From NCBI GenBank assembly GCA_965248755.1, contig OZ252149.1:1408001-1472000 (forward strand): DNA of 64,000 nucleotides. The letters run 5' to 3'. The notes beneath the pieces were generated by a model. The model did no database searches. It had not been told where the DNA came from and saw only the letters and a program-made list of their open reading frames with translations. Each line of letters starts with the position of its first letter. Position 1 is the stretch's first letter. Shown in pieces: positions 9,162 to 18,615 of the stretch. The stretch comes from Candidatus Latescibacterota bacterium. GTDB lineage: Bacteria; Latescibacterota; CBDEFO01. The position numbers and the translations under genes are program-made.

Positions 9162-10325
9162 CTATAGTTTAGAGGTCGCCTTCTCCATCCTTTGGAGGGC
9201 TTCCTTTATGTTCTCAACGGAGTTGGCGTAGGAGAATCTGAGATATCCGTCTCCATATTCCCCAAAGGACGTGCCTGAAAGACACGCCACGCCTGCTTCA
9301 TGTAATAGATAGTCCTGGAGCTTTTCGGAGTCCATGGGAAGTTCCTTAACGTTGGGAAAGACGTAGAAGGCCCCGTGTGGACTCAGACAGCTTATCCCTT
9401 CGATGCTGTTTAGCCCTTCTACTATGGCGTCCCGCCTTATCTTAAACTCGGTGACCATCTTCTCCGATTCATCCTGTGGTCCAGTTAGCGCCTCTATTCC
9501 GGCTATCTGGGTGAAACTGGCAGTGCAGGAGTTGCTGTTGACCATAAGCTTTGCGACCTGTTCTGCGAGAGTTTCGGGCATAGCTCCGTAGCCCATTCGC
9601 CATCCGGTCATAGCGTAGGTCTTGGAGAATCCCTCCAGAAGGATCGTCTTATCCTGCATGCCGGGAATAGACAGAATGCTTTCGTGTTCGCCACGGTAGA
9701 GGATTCTGCTGTAGACTTCATCCGTCAGGACTATGATGTCCCTTTCAAGTGCGATCTGTGCTACGGCTTCGATATGCTCCTTTGAGAGGACTCCGCCCGT
9801 AGGATTCTGAGGCGAGTTCAAGATTATCATTCTGGTCTTATCGCTGACTCTGTCCCTTAAGTCATCTACGGAGAAGCTGAACTCTTTCTCCTCCAAGAGC
9901 GGAAGCGGAACGGGCTTTGCACCGATGAAGTTTATGACCGATTCGTAGATGGGGAAGCCCGGATTCGGATAGATCACCTCCTCGCCCGGGTCGACGCAGG
10001 CCATGATACAGAAGAACATTATGGGCTTGGCGCCGGGCGTCACTACGATCTGATCTGGATTGCAGTCCACACCCCTGGTCTTTTGGACCTCTTCTGCTAT
10101 GACCTCCCTCAATTCGGGCAACCCAGCAGATGGCCCATAGTGAGTATAGCCGTCGTCAATGGCTCTTTTTGCCGCCTCCTTGATGTTGGACGGAGTATCG
10201 AAGTCCGGCTCACCAATCTCCAGATGAATGATGTCCTTCCCCTGGGCTTCCAGCTTCTTGGCTTTTGCCAGGACTTCAAACGCAGTCTCCGTCCCGAGTC
10301 TGCTCATACTTTCGGCTAAGTGCAT
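9162..10325 (-). CDS. PLP-dependent class I/II (aspartate-type) aminotransferase
   Basis: IGEPDF, NSPQNPTG, DEVY, FSKTYAMTGWRMG, GAFYVFP, YLRFSYA. Confidence 0.95.
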   Translation of the reverse strand: MHLAESMSRLGTETAFEVLAKAKKLEAQGKDIIHLEIGEPDFDTPSNIKEAAKRAIDDGYTHYGPSAGLPELREVIAEEVQKTRGVDCNPDQIVVTPGAKPIMFFCIMACVDPGEEVIYPNPGFPIYESVINFIGAKPVPLPLLEEKEFSFSVDDLRDRVSDKTRMIILNSPQNPTGGVLSKEHIEAVAQIALERDIIVLTDEVYSRILYRGEHESILSIPGMQDKTILLEGFSKTYAMTGWRMGYGAMPETLAEQVAKLMVNSNSCTASFTQIAGIEALTGPQDESEKMVTEFKIRRDAIVEGLNSIEGISCLSPHGAFYVFPNVKELPMDSEKLQDYLLHEAGVACLSGTSFGEYGDGYLRFSYANSVENIKEALQRMEKATSKL

Positions 10326-10388
10326 TCTTCCTCTCCCCTGTTTACTTTTGCGCAGATTTGGTTTTTGCCTATTTGATGGTTTTTATTT

Positions 10389-10460
10389 GCCTAACGACTA
10401 AGCTGATCTCCCGAAATGGCGCACAGTGGAATAGCAATCGGGTGCAGCGCATTGTCAGCC
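10389..10460 (-). other. Degenerate integron attC-like site
   Basis: On the minus strand, 2 nt after the TIR-gene stop: GGCTGAC-AATGCGCTGCACCCGA...CAGCTTAGTC-GTTAGGC. R' fits GTTRRRY, R'' is degenerate; 72 bp. Confidence 0.6.
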
Positions 10461-10462
10461 GA

Positions 10463-11584
10463 CTATGTGGAGATCTTCACAATACCAAAGCCAATAAGCT
10501 CGTTAAGGATATCCATAGTTCTTGATTCCAAGTCATCCTTTTCGAAAGAAATGTACCCAAGATCTCCAAAATTCGCAGGGAAGTCTACGTCTGTTTCTTT
10601 CATTATTACAATGCGATGATCATACAAGTATCCTGACGCGCCAAGCTCATAAACAACATTCTCGCTTGGACGGAATATTGTTTTTCCATCCTTGTCCGTA
10701 AGTTTTTCATCAGCAGTAAAGATCAAAATCGCACAGTTACATGACTTCATTACCTCTCGTACTTTCCCGCTTATCGGACGCCCAAGGTTTGGTTCTTCCA
10801 TAGCTACTTTATGGGGGATCTTGAATTGTTCTAGAATCTTCTTTAGCTGCTCTAAAGGTTTCTTGTTTTTTCCGTGAGCAATAAAGATGGATTGTCCAAG
10901 TGGCTTATCTCTTGTTTCTTGAACCCGAGCAAGTTCCACAGGCGTTTCTGATACCTCCTCCTCTTCATCTACATCTGGTCCTTCTATTAGTGGTTCTACT
11001 GATTTATGGGCCTGCCCTTTGTGTCCTATGAAGTCGATCAGCGCTTCAGCAGCAAAACTGAAACGGGTAGGATTGCCTTTCCTGCCAGGAATTAGTGTTC
11101 CCAGTTTAGCACCGGCGGTAACATGAAAAAAACAAATGGCTTGGTTCTTGATGCTTGATTCATTTTCTCCCACTTCTTCGCGAAAATGATCGTGCCAATG
11201 TGCAGCGACATCTAACGTGGTCAGTGAGTCTTCGTGTCGATGCGCGACCCTTTCAACAATCGCTGAATATGCAGGGATCTTATGAACCACATTGAGAAGG
11301 ACTTGAGTGACATGATCCTCTCTTTCAACAAGTTTCCTCCCCGCAGGACTTAGCTTGAGACGACCATCTTCTTCTTCGCTAATGAGATCCCAGAATTTAA
11401 GCGCTGCGAGCTTGCGACCGTCAAGCCTCTTAGAATTAAGCACAGTCTTAGCTTCCTTAACAGTGGCCCCGGTTGGTTTCGTTGCCAAATATTTGCAAAG
11501 CTCGGTTATGTCCTCAAGAGTAGTTCTTAAGGAAGTGCCATAGCTCTTCCTCCTTGCTACAATAATTTCTAGTTCCCTAACCAA
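10463..11584 (-). CDS. TIR-like nucleotide-binding domain protein (CAP12/Pycsar-type TIR) with N-terminal helical/winged-helix region; probable 5' frameshift
   Basis: IFIAHG...AILIFTADE...RPSENVVYELG. The strong RBS (AAGGAGG) and ATG at 11541 are out of frame with the long ORF. Confidence 0.85.
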   Translation of the reverse strand: MVRELEIIVARRKSYGTSLRTTLEDITELCKYLATKPTGATVKEAKTVLNSKRLDGRKLAALKFWDLISEEEDGRLKLSPAGRKLVEREDHVTQVLLNVVHKIPAYSAIVERVAHRHEDSLTTLDVAAHWHDHFREEVGENESSIKNQAICFFHVTAGAKLGTLIPGRKGNPTRFSFAAEALIDFIGHKGQAHKSVEPLIEGPDVDEEEEVSETPVELARVQETRDKPLGQSIFIAHGKNKKPLEQLKKILEQFKIPHKVAMEEPNLGRPISGKVREVMKSCNCAILIFTADEKLTDKDGKTIFRPSENVVYELGASGYLYDHRIVIMKETDVDFPANFGDLGYISFEKDDLESRTMDILNELIGFGIVKIST

Positions 11585-11709
11585 GATTATACAGTCAGCA
11601 TAAACTTGACAACATAGACTATCTTCTTGTGGATGAACTTCCTGAGCCTCTTCTCGTTAGAGATTGACAGTAAGATTGCGATTGCCATCCTGTCTTTTCT
11701 TGATCCTAC

Positions 11710-13470
11710 TCAGTCTTTTAGGCTGACGCATATCTCGGCATCGGGTTCCAGATCGAAAAAGAGGACCAGGTGAAACTCACCATCCGTATTCCTGGCCAGC
11801 AGAAAGTCCTTCGCGTTCGTTTCAACCCGGCCGGGATTCTCGGCCAGCGCCCTGGGCACGTCCCACAGCGCTATGGCGTAGTCCTTGAAGCTGGCTGTGG
11901 TCAGCATTTTCAATCGAATCGGCAGGCCGCCGTCGCGCGACCACTTGGATGGAGCGACATCCACGTCCGGCGTCTCCACGTGGCTGATGGCGCTGCCGAG
12001 CGGGCCGACGGTCTGATCGGTGTAATCGAACCACCAGATTGGATTCGGGCTCTCACGCTCGAAGCGGATCTGGCGCTTCTGGTCCTCGACGATTAGATAC
12101 TCGCACGACAGCGGGTCCTTGTATCGGCCGTCCCTTCTTCGCTCATCCATTATGGTGGAGATGCGCGTCAGCCACGGGATCCGTTCGCGCGGGACGAGTT
12201 CACGCACGACGGTCCACTTGGTCAGCCACCATACGTCATAGTGCAGGTGATCCGTCTTGCTGCTGAACACGGTGCGCGGCGTCACCTTGAAATGCCGGCG
12301 ATAATAGTCGGCGATGTCAAGTGAGCGGGCAAAGACGAGCTTGTACTCTTTGGTGAATTCGAAAAAGAAGTGCCGCTGGTATTGTTCCACAAACCGGAAC
12401 ATCTGCTCGCCTTCGTAACCCTCCCTAAAGAGAGGGTTCGACACGTCGTAATGCTTGGTGACGCCGTCATACAGGGGAACAAGGAACGCCGGGTGTCCGC
12501 TCATCTCCACCAGGTTCCTGGCTTCTTCCATGCCCGGCACGAGGCATTTGAGCGCGACGTCCCACTGCCCCTCCGACATGCCGTAGTGATAACGAACCGG
12601 CCCCAGAAAATGGTAGCCTCCGCAGAAGTCCCACTGATGCACAACCACGGAGCCATTTTCGCTCTGGTCAACCTTTCGGCAATCCACTTGTGAGGCGAAA
12701 TAGGGAAACTCCGGCATTCCCAGCCACGGCTTGTCGTTGGCCTGCCGCAGGCCAAAGTGACTGTTCACACCCAGACGCTGAAGAGTCTCCACGTAGCCCG
12801 GGTCCAGGTCGTGCCACATCTCGATCCGAGCGGTGCGGGCGTCGTTGGCGTCCGGCAGCAGCGACCGGACCTTCTCCAGCATCTGCCCATAAAGCAGCTC
12901 GCGATGGTCGGACGTCATGGTAGCTTCACTGCGGGCCAGCGGGGTATCGGGCAGTACGGCAGCGATGGCGTCGCCGAAACGGCGGTGGTTCTCACGAAAA
13001 CGTTCAAAGAGCGGGTCGTTCTCGTCAAACCGATCTATCGGAAGCCGATAATCCAGCGGCACGCCGGCCCCGTGCAGAGTCGGATTTGGCTCCAGTTCGA
13101 GGAACGAACTAAAACGTATAACGATCCAGTCGTCTTCGATTACCGAGAAATAGCGGTAGAACGATTCGCCGGCGGCGCGCCAGCGCGCTATGTAATTGCC
13201 CGGGCGCCGCGGCTGATACGTGACAGTCGCGCGCCCGTTCTGGAAATCCAGCTCGACTCTCTCCGATTCCAGCGTCTCGAGCCAATCCAGATCTCCACCA
13301 GCAGTGAACTTTTTACCTGGATTAGCCCGCTCGAGGTATTTCGGGAAGATCACCAGGTCGTCCGCGGACATCCCGATCGGAAGGAAGAAGTGGAATTCTA
13401 TCTGCTCGCCCAGTTTTAAGAGCCTGGAGCCGGTCGTCCACTGCGGCATATTCAACAGCTTCTCGTTCAT
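11710..13470 (-). CDS. Hypothetical protein (586 aa)
   Basis: Long ORF with GC-rich codon usage; no motif I can name. Confidence 0.75.
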   Translation of the reverse strand: MNEKLLNMPQWTTGSRLLKLGEQIEFHFFLPIGMSADDLVIFPKYLERANPGKKFTAGGDLDWLETLESERVELDFQNGRATVTYQPRRPGNYIARWRAAGESFYRYFSVIEDDWIVIRFSSFLELEPNPTLHGAGVPLDYRLPIDRFDENDPLFERFRENHRRFGDAIAAVLPDTPLARSEATMTSDHRELLYGQMLEKVRSLLPDANDARTARIEMWHDLDPGYVETLQRLGVNSHFGLRQANDKPWLGMPEFPYFASQVDCRKVDQSENGSVVVHQWDFCGGYHFLGPVRYHYGMSEGQWDVALKCLVPGMEEARNLVEMSGHPAFLVPLYDGVTKHYDVSNPLFREGYEGEQMFRFVEQYQRHFFFEFTKEYKLVFARSLDIADYYRRHFKVTPRTVFSSKTDHLHYDVWWLTKWTVVRELVPRERIPWLTRISTIMDERRRDGRYKDPLSCEYLIVEDQKRQIRFERESPNPIWWFDYTDQTVGPLGSAISHVETPDVDVAPSKWSRDGGLPIRLKMLTTASFKDYAIALWDVPRALAENPGRVETNAKDFLLARNTDGEFHLVLFFDLEPDAEICVSLKD

Positions 13471-13517
13471 GATTGGCCTACTTCTATTCTTCCACTCCTA
13501 ATCTATCCTTCAGCGTT

Positions 13518-14531
13518 TTACTCGTCCTTCCTGGTAAGGCTCGCTGCATAATCATCCAATTGGTAAGCATCCATCCAATTCCCCTCGGGCATAGGTTCTT
13601 CAGGCATCACGTATTTTAGGAGCTGGACTGCCTTGGCCAGCGAGTCGTCAACGGTCAGGTAGGGCTCCTCGCACTCGATGCTCAGAGGGCCATCATATCC
13701 GACTCGACGCAGCGTCGTGATGAAGTCGCGCCAGAATAACTCGCCATGACCATAGCCGAGCGTGCGGTAGCTCCAGGAACGCTTGTCCCACTCGTCGTAG
13801 TAGGCGCTGGAGGCGATGCCGTCGCGGGCTACGAGTCTGGGGTCCAGGGCGACATCTTTCACGTGGCAAGTATAGACCGCATCGGCGATCGTTTCGATAA
13901 ACACGATCGGATCTATGCCCTGCCACCAGAGGTGAGATGGGTCCAGGTTCATGCCGATGGTCGGCCCGACCTCTTCGCGGAGCCGAAGGAACGTCTGGGT
14001 GTTATAGACCGCATCACCAGTGTGTGGCTCGATACACAGCCTGACGTCGTACTCGTCAGCAATTTTGGCGGCCTGCTTCCAGTACGGGATGATCTTTTGA
14101 TCCCACTGCCAATTATAAGCATCCTTCCACATGACAAAGGCGGAGTTGATAATCCAGTTGGGAGTCTTGTCATCCGGGCCGCCCCCTGGTGTTCCGGCGA
14201 GCAAGCTGATGTGGTGAATGTCCAGCCAGTTAGCGATCTTGCAGGTCGCCACCAAGTCTGCATGAGCCGCATCCGCGATCTCTTTGTTTGGGTGGATGGG
14301 ATTGCCATGGCAGCCAAAGGAACAGATCCTCATTTCGCGCTCCTCGAGGCTGTGCTTGAACGCATCGAACACCGATTGGTCCGCTGCAAGCTGAACCGGG
14401 TCATAGTGAACTTTGGGAATGTGTCCTCCGCCGCAGGCCTCGACCAAATGGATGTCGTGGCGCTTTGCCGAATCCAACATCTCTTCCCAGGACCGCTCAA
14501 GCATGCTCGCTGCCATAAGTGAGAGTTCCAT
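13518..14531 (-). CDS. Sugar phosphate isomerase/epimerase (xylose-isomerase-like TIM barrel)
   Basis: CHGNPIHP, CIEPH, NLDPSHLWWQGIDP, CHVKD, GYDGPLSIECE. Confidence 0.92.
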   Translation of the reverse strand: MELSLMAASMLERSWEEMLDSAKRHDIHLVEACGGGHIPKVHYDPVQLAADQSVFDAFKHSLEEREMRICSFGCHGNPIHPNKEIADAAHADLVATCKIANWLDIHHISLLAGTPGGGPDDKTPNWIINSAFVMWKDAYNWQWDQKIIPYWKQAAKIADEYDVRLCIEPHTGDAVYNTQTFLRLREEVGPTIGMNLDPSHLWWQGIDPIVFIETIADAVYTCHVKDVALDPRLVARDGIASSAYYDEWDKRSWSYRTLGYGHGELFWRDFITTLRRVGYDGPLSIECEEPYLTVDDSLAKAVQLLKYVMPEEPMPEGNWMDAYQLDDYAASLTRKDE

Positions 14532-14672
14532 GCCCTTCTCCTCTAATGTTCTGTCAAGCTCATTTTGACGGGTAGATTGCTAACCATCCGAAGTCAATTT
14601 CTTTCTGAGAAATACGCCGACCCGCCAGAGGGTGGTCAGATACAGCCTACGCGATCCGTGCCACTGCGGCGC

Positions 14673-14778
14673 GCTTGCCCAGTTTCAGCAGCCTGGAGCC
14701 GGTCGTCCACTGCGGTATCTTCAACAGCTTCTCGTTCGTGATCCGCCTACGCCTCCCCTTCCACTCCTATTCTATCCT
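14673..14778 (-). repeat. 106-bp diverged direct repeat of 13404-13509 (leader plus first codons of the 586-aa gene)
   Basis: Gap-free alignment by eye (…GCCTGGAGCCGGTCGTCCACTGCGG…TTCAACAGCTTCTCGTTC…CTTCCACTCCTA.TCTATCCT). Confidence 0.9.
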
Positions 14779-14914
14779 CCGAACTATGATTATACGGTCC
14801 GCACAAACTTGCCAAAGTAGGCTGTCTCTTCTCTATAAACTTCCTGAGCCTCTCGTCGTTAAGGAGTCTCAATCCTTGAATTTCGATATTCCATCGTCCG
14901 GCGCAATCTCAGCT

Positions 14915-15331
14915 TTAATAAAGATCCATAACCATCTTCCCATCGTGCTCAGGGTTGGGAATCAGGGCTTGTTTTTTTGGATCTGGTTGAAGATCCAGGT
15001 TTTCTAAAGGGATGTATCCCACAAGCGGGGGAACGTCCTCCGGAAGTTCCATCACATCTACCGTGCAGGTCCTATCCATAATGGTCAAGCGTGCTCCCTG
15101 AAACACTTGACGCTCGACAGTTCCATTAGCTGTCCTTGCTCCTGGAGTTCCCAGAGGAGTCAGCCCCAAATCTGAGATAACTTTTGCGGGCAGGCATAGA
15201 AGCGTTGTCCCAGTATCTACTAAGGCTTCCAGTTCGACAGACCGAATCTGCTCAGGCTCTAACTCTCCGCGCTCGGTGAGCATCACGTCCATTAGATTTT
15301 CGACTCTGATCTTAATTGTAATTCGTCCCAC
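14915..15331 (-). CDS. Clan AA (retropepsin-like) aspartyl protease
   Basis: ALVDTGTT.LCLP, TANG, PLVGYIPLE.LDL. Confidence 0.88.
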   Translation of the reverse strand: MGRITIKIRVENLMDVMLTERGELEPEQIRSVELEALVDTGTTLLCLPAKVISDLGLTPLGTPGARTANGTVERQVFQGARLTIMDRTCTVDVMELPEDVPPLVGYIPLENLDLQPDPKKQALIPNPEHDGKMVMDLY

Positions 15332-15426
15332 GAACTGTTGTCTCCTGCATCATTATCTAAGGTATGCGAATTTAGCTAACAGGGAGGCGCACCGGGTTAG
15401 CTAATAGCGTGCAAGTAGGTAATTAC

Positions 15427-15720
15427 TTATGGCAGCTCACCAATGATCTTCCGGTATTCATCCTCTGTGAAAGCCCGAAGGGTTTCGGTTCGGACATTGC
15501 CTGCCGAGGCAGTAACCAATGCCAGCTTGGCTATCGTTTCATCGTCCGGCGCTTCACAGACGGCGATCATATCATATTGACCAATCGTCATGTAGAAATC
15601 TTTGAATACCACACCCGCATCTTGGAAAGCCTTTCTGGCCGCATCGACCCGGCTGGGGCTATCCTTGATGTTTTGTATCCCTTGCTCCGTCCAGTTGAGC
15701 AGCATGATATAGGTTTTCAT
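15427..15720 (-). CDS. GYD-domain protein
   Basis: L.NWTEQG, YMTIGQYD, GNVRTETLRAF; AGGAGG RBS. Confidence 0.9.
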   Translation of the reverse strand: MKTYIMLLNWTEQGIQNIKDSPSRVDAARKAFQDAGVVFKDFYMTIGQYDMIAVCEAPDDETIAKLALVTASAGNVRTETLRAFTEDEYRKIIGELP

Positions 15721-15841
15721 TTGCTACCTCCTTTCAATATTTTCTGAGGCGCCTCCCTTCAGAGTACTACCTCGTTGAACTAATGCCAGGCTAAATCTTC
15801 TACTTCCCACCAGAACACATGTCAGTCTCCAGCCCAGAATC

Positions 15842-15923
15842 GAGATTGCTTCGGAGTTTCACCCGTCGCAATGACCTTGCTTGTTTCGTCCTTCAGTCAT
15901 TGCAAGCAAAGCGAAGCAATCTC
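15842..15923. repeat. REP-like inverted pair
   Basis: GAGATTGCTTCG…GCAATGAC / GTCATTGCAAG…CGAAGCAATCTC. Confidence 0.85.
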
Positions 15924-15933
15924 AACGCATCCT

Positions 15934-16368
15934 TCATTTTTGCTCTACAATCACTATGGCTACTTTTGCGACTCCAGTCCTTATCATCCCTACCTCCTGG
16001 GCAGCGGCGTATGAAAGATCGAGTATCCTACCTTTCACAAACGGTCCCCTGTCGTTTACCCTGACGGTAATACTCATACCGTTCTGGAGGTTGGTAACCT
16101 TAATTACAGTCCCAAAGGGGAGCTTCTTGTGCGCTGCTGTTAAGGCGTACATATCGAATATTTCACCGTTTGCCGTCGTCCTGCCGTGAAATTTCTCTCC
16201 GTAGTAGGAGCACATACCCGTCTGGTAAACATTTTTGGGGATCGCAACTGTTTTATGACGCTTATCCTGAGAATCTTTATCCGCGCGGTAGATCGGATTC
16301 GGATCGCACCCCAACAAGGCGGCGGCTATGGAAAATGTAATTAAGAGAATGTAAAAAGCTCGAAGCAT
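15934..16368 (-). CDS. rlpA: Septal ring lytic transglycosylase RlpA-family lipoprotein
   Basis: Lipobox LLGC; SYYG..FHGRTTANGE, TAAHKKLPFGT, VNDRGPF, DLSYAAA. Confidence 0.93.
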   Translation of the reverse strand: MLRAFYILLITFSIAAALLGCDPNPIYRADKDSQDKRHKTVAIPKNVYQTGMCSYYGEKFHGRTTANGEIFDMYALTAAHKKLPFGTVIKVTNLQNGMSITVRVNDRGPFVKGRILDLSYAAAQEVGMIRTGVAKVAIVIVEQK

Positions 16369-16380
16369 ATATCCCCATGT

Positions 16381-16578
16381 TCAAAGTGATGTGAGGGTCG
16401 TCTTTCCCTTTCGCTTACGCCTTATAAAGCTCAATCCGAACCAGATGAGTATAAGGGCGGCTGATAATTTAATAGAGAACCAGATGACTCCAACTAAGAA
16501 GATAGCCATTCCGAATACGCCTTTAAGCAGGATCAGTATCCCTAAAAGGACTAGCACTATCCCGAGAAATTTTTTCAT
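16381..16578 (-). CDS. Small two-TM membrane protein
   Basis: GAGGAGG RBS; ATGA overlap with the pyrD stop; hydrophobic with a basic tail. Confidence 0.7.
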   Translation of the reverse strand: MKKFLGIVLVLLGILILLKGVFGMAIFLVGVIWFSIKLSAALILIWFGLSFIRRKRKGKTTLTSL

Positions 16579-17540
16579 CTTTGCACCTCCTCAAGCAGCT
16601 CGGACGGGCTCAGGCTACCTTCAACGTCAACCTCAAGCGTTCCGACTATATCGGATATTCGCTCAATCTTGTTCTCCTGACAGTACTCCACTATTCCTTC
16701 TGCTATTATGGCAGAAATATTAGGCTGTCTGAAGTTTGCACTCCCGACCTGGACGGCGGATGCACCTGTTATCATAAATTCTAAGACGTCCTCGGCAGAA
16801 GTTATCCCGCCTATGCCGATTATGGGGATCTTTCTTGTCTCTGCCACTTTCCACACCATAGCTAACGCCACAGGCTTTACGGCGGGTCCTGAAAGCCCCC
16901 CTGTTACCGTAGAGAGCTCCGGCTTTTTCGTCTTCAGATCGACAGCCATACCCACAAGCGTGTTTATCAGTGAGACCGCATCGGCTCCGGCATCTTCCAC
17001 CGCTTTAGCGATGACCCCAACGTCGGTGACATTGGGCGTCAGCTTCCCTATGACCGGGATGTCGGTGGCTCTCTTTACGCCTGAGATGAGTTCGTAAGCC
17101 AGATTCGGATCGCAGCTGAAGGACATCCCTCCCTCCTTGACGTTGGGACAGGACATATTTACCTCTACGCCGTCTATTCCGGGACAGTCATCCAGTCTCC
17201 TGGCAAGTTCTACAAACTCATCTGTGCTCTTGCCGACGATGTTTACGATGACGGCTGTGTCCGCAGCGCGCAAAAAGGGCATCTTGTCACTGATGAACCC
17301 CTCTATCCCTACGTTTTGTAGGCCTATGCTGTTCAGCATTCCTGAAGCTGTCTCAAAGACCCTCCCCGGAGGGTTTCCTCTTCTCGGTTCGAGGCTTTTG
17401 GACTTGGTTACGACCCCGCCGATCTGCGACAGGTCCATAAATCTCGAGAATTCCTGACCGTAGGCAAACGTGCCTGAGGCGACCAGCACAGGATTTTTTA
17501 GACTTATACCTCCTACCTCCACCGAAGTATCTATGTTCAT
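16575..17540 (-). CDS. pyrD: Dihydroorotate dehydrogenase (family 1B), catalytic subunit
   Basis: KNPVLVASGT, MLNSIGLQN, NMSCPNV, KLTPNV, LINT, GGLSGPAVKP. Confidence 0.96.
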   Translation of the reverse strand: MNIDTSVEVGGISLKNPVLVASGTFAYGQEFSRFMDLSQIGGVVTKSKSLEPRRGNPPGRVFETASGMLNSIGLQNVGIEGFISDKMPFLRAADTAVIVNIVGKSTDEFVELARRLDDCPGIDGVEVNMSCPNVKEGGMSFSCDPNLAYELISGVKRATDIPVIGKLTPNVTDVGVIAKAVEDAGADAVSLINTLVGMAVDLKTKKPELSTVTGGLSGPAVKPVALAMVWKVAETRKIPIIGIGGITSAEDVLEFMITGASAVQVGSANFRQPNISAIIAEGIVEYCQENKIERISDIVGTLEVDVEGSLSPSELLEEVQR

Positions 17541-18352
17541 ATTGAGGGGAACACCTCTTCTCCGTCAAATACCGGTCCTTCCGTGCATACCCTCTGGTAT
17601 AGGTCTCCTTCTGAGCCGGGTACTTCCGCGATACATCCGAGACAGACGCCCAGCCCGCACCCCATCTTCTCTTCGATTGAGGCCTGACACGGGACTCCAT
17701 GTTCACAAGCTATATGGGTGACCTTTTCCATCATACGCTCGGGACCGCAGGTGAAGACAACAGTCTCATCGTTCCGATCCAGAAACGGAGCCATGAAGTC
17801 TGTCACAAGGCCCTTCTGTCCTACAGATCCGTCCTCTGAGGAGATGAACACCTTTGCGCCAGTGGAGTCTAAGTCGGGGTAGAGGAGGCTTTTATATCTG
17901 ACCCCGGCAAGTATAATAGGCTCCCTTCCATCCCGGATCATTTTTTCAGCTAAGATTACCAGGGGAGCCACACCTCTTCCTCCTCCGACCATAACCCCTC
18001 GTTTACACCTATCGGTTATGCGAAAACCGTTTCCGAGGGGACCGAGGGCCTCTACAGTATCGCCGGGCTCTTTGATAGAAAGTTTCCTTGTGCCCCTGCC
18101 TATGTCCTCGTAGAATATTTCGACCCACCCCTGGTCATCATCCTTGCGGCAGACACTAAATGGGCGTCTCAAAAGCATCTCGTAGCCGTCGTCCACCAGG
18201 ATATGAATGAATTGCCCGGGCTCTGTCCTTTCGGCTATTTGGGGAAGATGGAATCTGGTAAGGAACAGTCCAGGCCCCACCTTCAGGTTCAAGGTCACTT
18301 CGCCCCGCTGAATTAGAGGGCCTCTATCTGTCATTACCTCCGACATTAACAC
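17537..18352 (-). CDS. pyrK: Dihydroorotate dehydrogenase electron-transfer subunit (start possibly ATG 18334)
   Basis: PGQF, LRRPFS, GPLGNGF, GGGRGVAP, CGP..MM, MGCGLGVCLGC...VCTEGPVF. Confidence 0.95.
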   Translation of the reverse strand: MLMSEVMTDRGPLIQRGEVTLNLKVGPGLFLTRFHLPQIAERTEPGQFIHILVDDGYEMLLRRPFSVCRKDDDQGWVEIFYEDIGRGTRKLSIKEPGDTVEALGPLGNGFRITDRCKRGVMVGGGRGVAPLVILAEKMIRDGREPIILAGVRYKSLLYPDLDSTGAKVFISSEDGSVGQKGLVTDFMAPFLDRNDETVVFTCGPERMMEKVTHIACEHGVPCQASIEEKMGCGLGVCLGCIAEVPGSEGDLYQRVCTEGPVFDGEEVFPSI

Positions 18353-18615
18353 TATATCTTTCTTGCTCTTAAGCGTACTTCAAAAGAAGACTAAACATAG
18401 ACAAGCTTGTGTATAATATACTAACTGTATACTGCAAAAGCAACTCTTTATTGCTATGAGGAATAATATTCTCACCGCTTTCGGGATACAGTGGAAATAT
18501 TCTTGACATCAGCATTGATGTATCGTATCTTCCTAAAAAATGAAAGCCCTCAGGGCACTTAAGGGCTAATGCTAACAAAGATATACTTCAATTGCATCGG
18601 AGTTGAAAAATTCCA

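Noticed and set aside
10463..11584. Complete CBASS/Pycsar/Thoeris operon
   Set aside because: No cyclase, sensor or partner genes are adjacent; only the solo TIR gene is supportable.
12757..14522. Long + strand ORFs (220 aa, 258 aa) and similar antisense ORFs elsewhere (660-1208, 42380-43150, 46574-47281, 55404-56039)
   Set aside because: Shadow or alternate-frame ORFs overlapping well-supported genes, as expected in GC-rich coding DNA.
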